Of a DNA stretch of 64,000 bases, positions 1 to 11,626 are shown piece by piece. The translations under genes were made by a program, and so were the position numbers. Below the pieces are notes generated by a model, which saw nothing but the letters and a program-made list of their open reading frames with translations, had not been told where the DNA came from and made no database searches. This DNA is from Raillietiella orientalis (Eukaryota). The DNA lies in contig JAYWIR010000005.1 of the NCBI GenBank assembly GCA_036172245.1, positions 5,332,001 through 5,396,000 on the forward strand, read 5' to 3'. How positions within the stretch are numbered: position 1 is the first letter of the stretch; the number at the start of each line of letters is the position of its first letter.

Positions 1-599
1 GATGGGGAGTGGTAAGGGAGAGAGTTAGGGAAGGAGGGAACTGGAAGACAGTGCAAGAAGGGAAAACGACCGAGCATCCCGGTGAGAGGAAGGAGACTGA
101 ACCCTCGGTTTGGACCCGAAGGCCGTTCGCTCGCTGTCCAGCTGAGGACCGTGATAGGGATGATCTGAGAACGCGGATAGACTTGCTGCCGCTCCCAGTG
201 AGAAGGAGGAGTTCTTCTGGAAGACGTTCTGCTGAAGAGGGTAGGCTGCCCTCTGGGGGATGTGCCAGGAGGAAAGCCGACAGTAGAGCGTGACCTCGAA
301 ACCTCTACTAGGCTACAGGTACCTGGTGCTTCCTTCTGCATCTCTGCCCCTGTCAGAGAGTCAGCGAGGGGAAACCTGGAAAATCCACTTGGGAGGTCCT
401 AGTCGGTCTATCGGGATGGAAATGGAGTGCAACTGGTGATGATGGGGGTCAGGAGAGGCAGAGGGAACCGTCCATCGTCTCACAAAGAATCGTCAGGGAT
501 CGAGGAGCTGGGGAAAGGAGTGCCGGTAGGGAACAAGCGCAGCAGCAGCAGGACGGAGAGTGAAAAGGACCTCGGAGGGCGGCACAAGCGGTCTCTAAG

Positions 600-1450
600 G
601 TTGCAGTGGCTGCTAGATCGACGAGTCCTCGGAAAGCTCGTGGAATTCCTCGGCCAGGAGGGCTACGGTTGTCCGTTATGGCAGGGAAAAGGAGAAAAGG
701 AAACGGGCCACCTCGTACGCTTCAGGAAACTCGGTCTGGGTCAACAAACTGAGAACTCTGGAAGACGCGACAGCGTTTCCGCAGTCACCCGGCGGACAGC
801 AGCGAGGACTCATGGTCCCCCTTCCCTCTCCTCCTGAAAGAGATGAACCTTGCTAGCGTTCTACCGAGGGCTGCTCGCGGAAGGAAACGCCCTGTAGAAA
901 AGGGTAGGTAAGAGAAAATGAAGGAGGAGGAGGTGAAGGATAAGCATGCAGGATGCTGCAGCGTTGACTGCAGAACGGAGTCACTCTCCTCGGGGAAAGC
1001 TTGAGAGCAACCTCCTTCCCTCTCAGATATGAAGAGAGATATGCCAGAGTCAGTGAGAGACCAGCTTCCGTTGGATGGACTCTTCCTTCTCTGGAGCATC
1101 CCCCCTCCGCTCTTGCTTACCGCCCTCCGCTTCCGTTCCCCTCTCGATCTCTTCTGGAGGTGTCCTCTCCCTTCTCTCACCTTTCCCCATTCCCCGGCCA
1201 GCCGATCCAGCGCTGTTTCCAGGACGCTGAAAGATAAGTTTTCCTGGATGCAAGCCCGTCTCTTTCGTGTCCATAGAGAACCAACCCTAAGGGGTCCTTT
1301 GCCTTCTCCATGCACCTACCATACCGCGAGGCTTTTCAGGACGCTTCAGCTGACATAGGTTCCTACAGACATCTTCAACATCTGGACTGAATCCGCAAAA
1401 GATTCGTGAAGAGCTGAGAGGCAGTCTGGAGTAGGACCAGTGCTGCTGCT
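600..1450 (-). mobile_element. Possible ancient LINE debris
   Basis: VEDVCRNLCQLKRPEKPRGMVG (about 1315-1380) loosely resembles the pre-RT EEV..L..LK..KxPGxDG motif; nothing else clearly recoverable. Confidence 0.25.
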
Positions 1451-2187
1451 GCTGGTTCACGCCGTCTCAGTGGGTTCCTTCCTGAAAAAGAAACTTCTAA
1501 GGTTATCACTTCCGCGTTCAGAGGGGCTCAGCATCCTACTCGTTTGTCCGTCCATCTGGGTCTCGAGTTTTGCATCTCTGTGGCTTTCCGCATTGCTTTC
1601 AAGGAGTTTAACCTAAGTTCTCTTCCTTCGCCCCACTCGCACCCGCCTCGACAAGTACCCGGCACCCCCAGCCGAAACAGCACAGCAGTATGTTTAATCT
1701 CTCCGGAAACGAAGGCGTCCGCCCTCCCCCTCGCCTCACCAGCAGCGCATTTCTCCCGCATCACCAGCGAGCCAAGCCAGAGGAGGTCCGGATAAGGAGG
1801 GAGGACCATCCTTTGCGAGGACGGCAGCAAATGCCCGCTCTCCTCCTCCTCCTTTTTCCGTCTTTCCCCTCCCCCAATTCTCCACCGTCCACTTCTTGAC
1901 CCTTCTTCTCTAGCGGTCAGGAGCACAATTCTCGGAGCAGTTCCAAAAAGCTTCCGAGAGGGACAACTTCCCCTGCATCCCGCCCCTATCCTACTTCCCT
2001 CCTTTAAACACAGGAGGCCACCGGTGGTAGTGGCTTCAAGCCTTTTCTTTTCCCTTTGTCTTCTTTTCTTCGTTTCTTCCGCAGACGGCTCCGTTGCTGC
2101 GAGGGGACACATCCAAGAGGAGACGGGGGGGGGGGAGAGAGAGGCTTGAAAGGAGATAGGGCTGAATGCACGGAAAACTGGGCTGCT

Positions 2188-3570
2188 CTATCTCTTCTTC
2201 GTGGCCGACCTGGATGCTCTGGATGCCCTGGCCGCCTTCTTGCCTCCGGCTGCAGTCGACTTGGAGGCTTTTGAGGGCGCCTTTCCGGGTGTTTTACCTG
2301 GGGCGGTAGCCGGAGGCTTCCCCTTTGCCGGCGGGGAGGCGGTCTTGTCCTTACCCTTGGCTCCCGCCTCCGCTCCTTTGGGCGGCTCGAGGCCTGTTCC
2401 TTTCGGAGGTGGCCCCTTCTTGCCCCCTTTCGGAGGGGGTCCTTTGGCCATAGTCGGGTCTTCCTCGACCTTCTCGCCGACCTCCCTCTTGGTGACCGTA
2501 GTCAGCTTGCACTCGAAGCGGATGAGCCCTATGGCCCAGAACAAGAAGACCACCAGCAGGAAAGCTATGATAGGCATGCTCGTGTCCGTGTACTGCCGCA
2601 TCTTGTCGGAGAACTTGAGGAGCCACCGCTTGGTGCCGCCGCCGATCTTCCTGGGCTTGCGGGAGAGCATCCTTTTCCGTCCCGAGGGCAGGTGTATCTG
2701 GAAGAGCCCCAGGTTGAGGGTGCGTCCTGGGGTCCCCTCTCCTTCCTCCTCGGGCACGCTGAGCGTCCGGAAGCGGATCTCGTCGTGCAGCTTCACGGTA
2801 ACCTCGTACAGCTGCATCCGCTGCTGCTCGTAAGCCTCCTTGACCTCCTGCGCCTCCCGTTTCATCCGCGCCGCCTGGTCGGCCTCCATGATCATCATTT
2901 TCTCCAGCTCCCCGTTCCACTGCCGGTACATGTCCAGGTCTGACTGCAAGTTCTTCCGTATCTCCAGGAAGCGGTTCAGCCGGTATTCCAGCATCTGCCT
3001 CTCCTGGCAAAGCTTCTCCGCTTCCAGCTGCTCCTGAGCCTGCATGCAGCAGATGCGCCGCTTCAGCTCGATGTTTTCCCGCTCGATCATGGTCAGACCC
3101 CCCGGGGATGAGTGCCTCCCTCCGGAGATCAGTTCGTTCATCAGCTTCTCGAGTGTCTCCGACGAATACAGGAACGTCCCCTCCCCCGAGTCGGAGCTAT
3201 CCGGGAGGAGACACCCGTCCCCGTGCTGGTGGCGGTCCGCCGACGGCGAGCACAGCGGGCCCTGCTGCTGCCTCCTCTGGGGGGAGGACCTCTTGCATCG
3301 ACTGGCAGGCCCCTTCGAGCACCGGGAGCGTCCGTCCGGGGATGCGCTACGATTCCGGCAGGAAGGGGAGGGGGCAAGGCCGCCGGCGGTGGTGCCGGCG
3401 CGCCTGTTCGCCGACTCCCCGGCTTCCCTTCTGTCGGGAGAAGAGGAGGGCAGGGGCCCTGCATACTCCGGCTGAGATCTCTCCCTCTCCTTCACGGGAG
3501 ACCTCCTCCTTCTCCTCTGGTCATGCTCGCAGGGAGACCCGCCCGTGGAGGAGGCGACGGCGACGTCCAT
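2188..3570 (-). CDS. Intronless orphan protein, about 460 aa: S/P/R-rich disordered N-terminus, coiled coil, basic patch, one TM helix, K/A/P/G-rich tail
   Basis: Long stop-free frame (ORF track 2188..3648); first ATG at 3570 (MDVAVASS). E/Q/R/K/L/M-rich heptad-like segment (IERENIELKRR...VKLHDEIRF), hydrophobic MPIIAFLLVVFLFWAIGLI, and many G/C-ending codons. No family recognised. Confidence 0.7.
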   Translation of the reverse strand: MDVAVASSTGGSPCEHDQRRRRRSPVKERERSQPEYAGPLPSSSPDRREAGESANRRAGTTAGGLAPSPSCRNRSASPDGRSRCSKGPASRCKRSSPQRRQQQGPLCSPSADRHQHGDGCLLPDSSDSGEGTFLYSSETLEKLMNELISGGRHSSPGGLTMIERENIELKRRICCMQAQEQLEAEKLCQERQMLEYRLNRFLEIRKNLQSDLDMYRQWNGELEKMMIMEADQAARMKREAQEVKEAYEQQRMQLYEVTVKLHDEIRFRTLSVPEEEGEGTPGRTLNLGLFQIHLPSGRKRMLSRKPRKIGGGTKRWLLKFSDKMRQYTDTSMPIIAFLLVVFLFWAIGLIRFECKLTTVTKREVGEKVEEDPTMAKGPPPKGGKKGPPPKGTGLEPPKGAEAGAKGKDKTASPPAKGKPPATAPGKTPGKAPSKASKSTAAGGKKAARASRASRSATKKR

Positions 3571-6500
3571 AGCTAGGAAGGAGGAAAGGATCGCGTGGGA
3601 GTGGAATTGGGACAAGGGGAGCGCGGGGTGGATCCGCGGAGCAGGCACAACTCGAAAATTTCCCTGGAGCAGTGCGGGACTCCCTTCCTTCCCTAAGGGG
3701 CTGTCCGTCCGTCCGTCCGTCCGTGCGGACCCTGAGGCTCAATGACTTCTTTGTCCTCTTTTTTTCTTTCTTTCTTCTCTTTGGTTTCCTCGGCAACGGC
3801 AAGGAAGTGGAAAGCTCTGTCCCCACCGGGGTCCGACCGGCGGAAAGAGGATGAAGAGTTGGGGGAGGAAGACCCGGCCAGCCCGACAGCGGTGAAAAGA
3901 GCCGGGAGCAGTCACGCATTCTCCCCCCCTCTCTCACTCCTCCAGCTCTCGCTCAAGTGGGAGTGAAGTCAAGAGAGGAACCGGTTTAGCGACCTGATGG
4001 CTCATCTCACTTTTCCTACTCCTCCTTCTCTCGCTCCCCCCCCTTTCCCCCTCGTCTCAAGATCTACAGTGTCTTCCGTAGAGTCCCGGAAGAGGACGAC
4101 GGCGGAGTGTTCCCAGTGCGACCTTCTTCGCCGGGAAGGCCGACTCTGTCCTCATTTTCCAGGGCATTCCGGGAGCTTCCCGGGATGCTCCCCGATAGAG
4201 TCCACCTTTCCTTCTGTCTCCTCATACTACGGCTCTCCCTACTCCTCTTCCTTGTCCTTGAATCCCTTCGCACCCTCCCCTCCCCTGGAAGTGAAGAACA
4301 GAGAGTAAGTAGCTGGATAGCATGGGCGCTGTCCCTCTGCCCTCAACGGAACACGCGCCACCACCAGGGTAATCCGGGCGTGTGAGAGCCAGCCTGTAGG
4401 AGAAATCATTGCTAGAAGCCTCCATGAAGGAGAGGAAGCCTAGGACAGGTGATCCACGGGGAGTGGACCCTTCCGAACAAACCCTGTTGCAGGAGAGGAG
4501 GGATTTCGGACTTCCCATAGGCGGTTGGAAAGAGCTCCGGAACTCCACCGCAACTCAGTAGGTGGAGCAAGCATCCCCCATTCTCCCAACGAGAAGAGGA
4601 GAAAACAGGGAGCGAAGAGGAAGGAACGACCGTGCCCATGCTGCCCCCAGAAGTGAGACCCAGTGAACTTGGCCTTGCCATCAGGCCCTTCGGCTGCCCC
4701 TCGACCTCCCTTCCTCTTCCTCCTCCTCCATCTGTGCATCTAGGCATCTCCATTTCATCCCTTCGCTTTCCTTCCATCTGAAGTTATCAGGGAAGGAGTG
4801 GAGATGAAGCTCATTTTCCCGAACTGACCTCGAAGACGTGGCCCTGCCCGAAGAACGCAAGGCAAAACGTCTGCCTGCACACGCGCTCACACACAGGAAT
4901 GAGAGATTCCCCTTCTTTCTTGCAGCTCCTCTTCTATCCCCCTCCCCTTCCGGTTACCGTGTGACTGCCTCCCACTTCTGGACCTCTCTTCCCACCGACT
5001 TTCCCTTCGTTCCGCATTCCATACGACTTTCTCCAGACGAAAGGAGAAAAAAAGGCCTTTCTTCCCTCGCGCTCCCCCCCCCTTCCGTCCCTCCCTTCCC
5101 TTGAGCGCGTGTGCCCTTTCTCCCGGAGTTCAAGCTTTCGCCGCAGGCGCCCTGGAGACCCAAATCGACTCCGCGGAACCCGTTCGACCGTCCTCCTCCC
5201 CCTCCTCCTCTGGTCTTCTCTCTGGTCTCTGAAGGAATATCCATCATTCCTCAGGAAGAAGAGAGGCTCCACCTGTCCCTTCCCCCCCACATGCGCATGA
5301 GTCCTCGCCAGCGTAGAACTAAAGCCTCTTACTTCCCTACCTCCTCTTTCCCTGGAGCAAGTTGCTTACCAGTAGTGGTGGAGGGCAGTGAGCGCGCGAG
5401 AGAGTCTGGGGTAAGGATAGGGTGAGGAGGGCGTAACCGGCATCCACTCAATAGGAGACCCTGGGGGGTTCCAACCACATCCTCGCATCGTGCCTGAGCA
5501 GTGCTCCCTCCCCGCTTCCCTCTGTCTCCAGGATCCTTTGAGAGCTGCTTCTTGGGAAGCTTAGGAGTGCAGAAGCCGAGAGAAGGCGAGGCATGAGAGT
5601 GGGGGGAAAAAATAAAACACAGATCTGGGTCTCCATCATTGTCGTCGCAGCCGACCTAGCAGCCCGTCTCCCAGTAGACCACGCCGAGACGGGGAGCATT
5701 TATCCACCCTTGTCGGAAAGGAAAAGGGGGTAAGGGTCTTGGGGTTCCCCCAAAGATCCAGGAGAGTAGGAGGGAGAGAAGTGGGGAACCAGGGACTACG
5801 GGGTGGCGGATGCCGTTCCCTGGACCCTGCTTTCCTTCTGCCCTTTTCAGGAAACTCTCCCTTCCGCTTTCTTGAGAGTAGGAGCGGCCGCATCCTCTGG
5901 CTGTAGCAGAGAGGAAGGGAAAACAGAAAGAGGGAACGTACCTTTTTTCCTACTGTGATGGTTGCATAGGTGGGAGGAGAGCCCTTTCCTCTCGTCCTGG
6001 AAAACTGTCCTATGGAGGATTGGGAAGCCCTAGATTTCCCTGAAGCTGACTCCGAAGGCTTTCGTGTCCCCTGGAGATTCAGAGTTTCCTGCCCTTTCCT
6101 TCCTCTTTCTCACTTATCCGCTCACCCTTTTCAACCCCTTCACCGTACGGGACGGAACCAGAAGTCCCTTTTTTCTTTCCGCCACCAGGGAAGCTCAGGC
6201 TTCGGTTCCTCCTCGGCCAGCATCCCGTGGGAAAGGAGCTCTCGTTTAAAAATGGTTATTATCGTTCCTCGGCCTCGCCCTACCTTTCCTCTTTGAGAAA
6301 CAGGACGTGCGCGTAGGTGCATGAGCCAGATGATGATATCCCTCGTCGTGGGGACAGAAGGTGGGAAACATCAGCTGGGAGGACAGGGAGGGAAGGAAGG
6401 AGACAGGGACAGAGGAGACAGGGAAGAGGGATGGGTTCCTTGGATACTGTACGACAGCCATGTTCTCCAGTGAAGGTAAACAACAGCGCGCGCGCTCATC

Positions 6501-7568
6501 CGAGCGGATCCACGGCGACGAGGCAGCTGGGCAGACCGGTGCCACCGGCCGGATTGCTCTCGAGCGTGGCGCGGGCTTGGGTGCATGCGCGCCTTTCACC
6601 TGGGAGAAGAGGGGGGGGGGGGGAGAGAACCAGATGCACCGTTACGAGCCACTGGAGGAGTCCCGAAAATATCTCCTTCTGGAGATCACGGAGAGAGAAC
6701 GCCAGTGGTGGAGGCACGGAAAGACTGTTTCCTTTTTCCCTCGTCATTCAGCATTCCAGGAACTTCACTCTGCATCTCCAGCTGCTGTCGGGGAAAGAAC
6801 GGTCCACTCCTGGGAGAGCGAGAGCAAGGCTACCCTCGAAGTTCTCTCTCCTTGCAGAGGTCGACAAGTCTCCTTGCGGAGTAGCCACAGGGAGCCGCGA
6901 AAGCAGATGCGATGCCCGTGCGCGCAGTCTCCTGAGTCAGGTGGTGAACTCTCGCGCCGCTTGGCTGAAGCTCCCTCCCTCTGCCTGATTGGCGCGAGGC
7001 GAACAACGCCGTTGCTCTCTCGAGCTCCTGATCGTTTCATAGGATTCCAAGTGTTCCTTTAGGGGACACCGTGAGACATGGCAAAAAAAAAAAAAAAGCA
7101 CTCCGGTATCATCGCAACACAGGTGGCGCTTTTACCAAAGCAGCATTTCCAGGCGACGGGAGTTCACTGAAAAAGATGGGGAAGAGAAGGCAGGAAAGGT
7201 CCCCGTGATGGAACGAGTTAACACAGCTCCATCTCGGAGGTTTGCTCCTGAGGCTCGGATGAAGAGTTTGCCGGGGACCAGGTGTTCGCGACCTACCATG
7301 AGAGGTTTTATCTCTGGCCATAAGTGCGGGCCCTTCTGTTGCACGTGAGGTCGCTGGCCAGCGCTGCTTGGCAGGAGGAGCCACGTAGCGGCATCTCTTC
7401 AAACGTCTCCAGCAGAGAGAGGGACTGCTGTGGGGACTTCCATTCCATTGAGAGTCAGAGCGAGATCTTTGAACACTGGGTCTGAGAAAAGGTCTTGTCT
7501 CCGCACTCCCAGAGTCCTGCTCGACCCCGGAAAGAGGAGGTCTAAGCTTCTACTAGTCTGCAGGGAGA

Positions 7569-7937
7569 ATGGATCCGTCGGTAATCTGGGAAGCACCCAC
7601 GTGCGGGAAGCTGAGAAGGACGAGAAAGCACTCCTCCTTCCTCCCCAAACTACTCGGTAAGGACACAAGAACTTCCAGTCTACCAAACGCCCGGAAAGCA
7701 TTCGACCATTGCCCGATGCGACGGCGGGATCGCCAGAGCATGGTCGAGGTGTGGGACAACCATCCGTCTCCGCTGGCGAACGGGACGGCGACAGGGACCG
7801 ACAGACCGGGGCCCAACCTACATCCAGGAGGCAGTATCATGAAGATGGTCGGCGGCATTGGCATTCGTGTACTGTATCTTCGCCGACAGCGAGTCTGCCT
7901 GCGCTTTGCATCACGTCAACGTGACGTCGCTTCGTGA
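7569..7937 (+). CDS. Possible highly diverged, intronless group III PLA2-like ORF (122 aa), or a pseudogene
   Basis: ATG-initiated ORF with ordered anchors TCG...LGKD...FDHCP-x6-Q...SPLAN...IG...QRVCL matching the neighbouring PLA2 (WCG...LGGD...HDHCP-x6-Q...APISH...IG...QIPCL). 14-nt identity cgaccattgcccga at 7703 and 12380. Most Cys and the catalytic His are missing, so homology is tentative. Confidence 0.4.
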   Translation: MDPSVIWEAPTCGKLRRTRKHSSFLPKLLGKDTRTSSLPNARKAFDHCPMRRRDRQSMVEVWDNHPSPLANGTATGTDRPGPNLHPGGSIMKMVGGIGIRVLYLRRQRVCLRFASRQRDVAS

Positions 7938-8659
7938 CGTGGCCTCTGTGGAGATTTAACTTGATCGTTTTCTACGTTCGCTTTGCATCCGAAGTTCACG
8001 CTTTTAGGTTCACGCTTTTCGTCTCACGCGGTCACGGGACGCATCCTTCTTTTCTTCCGTCACGAACAGCTCAAACGCCACCTCATGAAGCCGCGCCTTC
8101 CATGGACAAGGCGAACCTCGGCCTGAATGGGAGTCACGTGTTGCCCGTTTAAGCGAACCTCGCGTCGACGCGGCAACATCGATCCCACAATCCGAGAGCG
8201 CTTTTTGTTTGCGCATTGCTACGCGACGCGCTGCAGACAAAAAACGAAAAGAATTTGGAGGATAAGTGGAAGGGCTGATTACATAGGTGATGCCGAAAGG
8301 GAAAAGGAAAGGGGTGGGCAGCAAGATTGGGTTGGTCTCATGGGGAGGGGGGGGGAGCAAAAACAAAGGTCCGCGGTCGGAAAGAGTAACCGGTGAGCCC
8401 AGATGATGGTGTGTTCCACCTTGCACATTGGTACTCCTCGGTGTACGAACAGCATACGAGATGAAACAAAACGAGGAAGAGTCTGCGATAAAAATTCGAA
8501 TCCGTGATTGGGAGTTGTGGTTGTACGGATCCATCGCAGTTTTGCACTCAACTGAATGGAAGGAGATGAGCGGCACGCGTTCCGCGTGCATTCCTCGAAG
8601 ACCATTTCCAATCTTTCCATTCGACCGAACATTCTTGCGCTCTGTTCACCTCCATTTGC

Positions 8660-8680
8660 GTGTGTGTGTGTGTGTGTGTG
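8660..8680. repeat. (GT)n microsatellite
   Basis: Directly visible; similar short dinucleotide tracts near 9541-9562, 14337-14358, 14996-15022 and 62184-62204. Confidence 0.9.
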
Positions 8681-8832
8681 CTTTGTTTTAAGGCAAGACT
8701 TTCGAATTTTCCCATCCTAGAGATGAGTTCGGGGAGAAGCTATTTCATTGCGAGTGAAAGTATCAGGAAAGTGTCCGAAGATATCTGCTGGTGTCTTCGA
8801 TCGCGGAAAGCAGTTGAGATTCTCGCTAGAGT

Positions 8833-8863
<31 letters not shown>

Positions 8864-11626
8864 AATAGAAAAGAGGAAGCCATCCGCTGCTGGTCCATAT
8901 CGTGTATGTGTGTGCGATGCTTAGCAACTGCGTGCGGTATGCCTTGCTTGCATACTTCCTCAATGCCACGTCCTGCCAGTGCGAAGATTTCCTTTTTTCA
9001 CATGATCAGACGATTGTGAAGGCGACCTACGACAGGTCTAACTTGATAGACTGTGAGATGTTTGACGTGAAGTAAGTGGGGAATGCTCTGCAGTTGTGTA
9101 ATGCAAGAATATCACCCCGGAGCAATCGCGGATCAGCCGGGTCACTGTTATTCGTCAGCGACCAACTCGCTAACCGCTCGTTAAGTGTAAAAACGTCAAC
9201 GCGGCGAAACCTCAGAAAGTCTGATGGCTGTCGTGTAGCGAAATCACGTGTTCGATGTGTTCCTTCAAGTGGAAGCACTGGAGTGGCTCTCCCAAGTTCT
9301 GTGCGTCTTTTTCGTTTCTTCTTTCGTGGATGGGTAGGAAAGGAAGGAAGGCACGGAGCCCTGCTCGGCTTGAATGCTTTGGTCTACCGAGGTTTTCCGA
9401 GGAAAGGAAAGTTGTCCCCGACTTTGTCCGGGTTTTCCGATGGAAGTCACCCCGAGAAAATTAATAACTTGCAGCTCTCAAACGCATAAATTTTCTCAGC
9501 ATGTTTATGTTTTTGAGAGGAGGAGGGGAGGAGAGGGAGCGAGAGAGAGAGAGAGAGAGAGAAAAGTAGGCACCGAAAAATGTGTGTACTTTTGGCGTTT
9601 GTTCCATCCGCCGTGGCAAAATTTCGTCTTCGGAATGACATGGAAGTGTGGAACGCTTTTCCGTGTGTCGCCTCGTGTTTCCAAAGGACCGTTCTACAGG
9701 GCTGCACCGTCCGTCTGCCTTCAAGCAAGACGTTGAAGGTCGCATCGAATGAAATGTTACCTGCGATCCCAGCAAGCTTCTTCCACCGCTCGACGAATCA
9801 GTAGGAAAGATGCTTCGAATTTCCGGAACGATGCTCAAAAATGAACGGCTAGAATCGGGTCTGACAAGTTCACTGCTTCTCGGACGCAAAACGTGCGCGG
9901 AGAACGGGTTTCTGCCGTTGTCCCTTTGATGATGCTCACTACCCGCAAATGTTTTGCTCGATCTAAGACTTTCCCCTTTCGGGCTCTCATCTCTGCCTTC
10001 GGGATCCAGCTTGAGAGGATCGTTGCTCAGCCCAGTCTGTATGCCGCTTTTCGACGGAAACGGAACGAGCCCGGGGCAGCAACTCTTTCTCAAATCGTGG
10101 TCTCGAGGATTTCGGGTTTTTGAAAACTGCGTCTTGCCTTCGTCATTTTCTCATTTTCGCCTCTTCTTCGGACGAGAAGATGAGAGAACTCCTTGGAAGA
10201 CAGTTGAAGCGTTCGCGCACCTTCCACCCCTTCCCCTTCTCCCCGGATCCGCACATTATGGCATGATCAAGAAAAAGTGCCTTGAGATCGTCAAGACGCC
10301 GACACTGTTGAGCATTTGGAGATGCATGAAAAGAAGAGGAAGGAAATGTGTTGTCCACTTGCCGCCTCCCTTGGTTACAAACGCCAACTTTACTTTCGAA
10401 GGAATAGGTTGGACACTCGTCCATTGGACTTTTTCGGAACGCCTGGTATCGAGCCCGCGGAGGAAGAACAGTTTCTGAACAAGAGCGAAAATCTGTCTCC
10501 GTTTCTGGTCGATGGAGCAACTGGGAAAAGTTTCGGAGCCGGGACTCCGCCGATCCGCTTGCTGCTGACTACGTCCCATTACTTGGTACTGCTCCCGTGG
10601 TCACTCCCCATCTCGTGTCCACTTTGAGATGAGCGTTGTGAGCTTCGTGTTTGGCAATAACTGCGCTCTTCTCCTATCCCTCCCTTCAACGGAGCCAAGT
10701 TGAAACTCCCGCGGTCCTCTATCTACGAAAGCAGCAGCTTTGCGCAGGCGTACCGCGTAACTTCAAGGACAGCCCAACAAGAAAGATCGAATGAATGAAT
10801 CCCAGGCATGCGGAAGAAGTGTTTGTTTGTGTGTGTGGTGTGTTGGTTCCCCGGAGACTCGCAGGTGGAGGCCTAAAAAAAAAAAAAGGCTCCTTTGTTT
10901 ATCAGACCTTAGCGCCCCCTCATTACCAGAGCCAGCCCAACTCAGCTGCTGCTGCCGTCCGGGCGAAATCCTTCGCAGCGCGGATGTGTGTCACTGAGTC
11001 AGCAAGTCATCGTGACCCAACAACACTCAGGCAGATTTCGCTAAACACCTCGGAGCTGACGCAGCGGTTGCCGCTTGGACCTTGTTCGGGGAGACGACTC
11101 GCACAAAAGGGACTCCTGCGACGTCACCGCCCAGCTTCCCTTTCTGAATGGAGCACCTGAAGATTTTCTGAGACGAAAAGAAGAAGAGAGAGAAAGACAT
11201 GAGAGGTCCCTGACGAAGGCAAGGCGCGAGAGTAAGAATTTCGATCCGGAGGGGCTGGGCATTCTGAAACACGATGTACCGTAAAGAAAACAGCGGCCGC
11301 ACGTTTCCCGCCCGGTTCCGCAAACATCGCGTTGCGTCGTGGGTCCCCGTGACCACGCTCGGAATCGTGGGAACCCCCGAGAGATCGCGCTTCCGGAACG
11401 GGACCTCCGCCGCAACTCCAGGTTCCGTTCTCCCGACCTTCCTCCCGCGATGTTCCCGAGAGGATCCCGAAAGTTCTCTGATGGCTTCCCTCCCTCATGA
11501 GCCGCTCCTCGTCTTTCCGCTTCTCATGCGCCTGACCATCGCCGTCCGCGCCTTGTTTCCCTGTACTGAAACCTCCGTTTCCGGAAAAGGACACCCCGGG
11601 AAAGGGAAGCTGTGCTGTCGTCGCAG

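Noticed and set aside
2201..3475. Long plus-strand ORFs (2201..2833, 3044..3475)
   Set aside because: Antisense shadows of the GC3-rich minus-strand ORF.
3900..7400. Numerous 60-230 aa ORFs in GC-rich, purine/pyrimidine-skewed DNA
   Set aside because: Low-complexity translations in all frames with no recognisable domain; a small spliced gene near 6500-6970 cannot be excluded.
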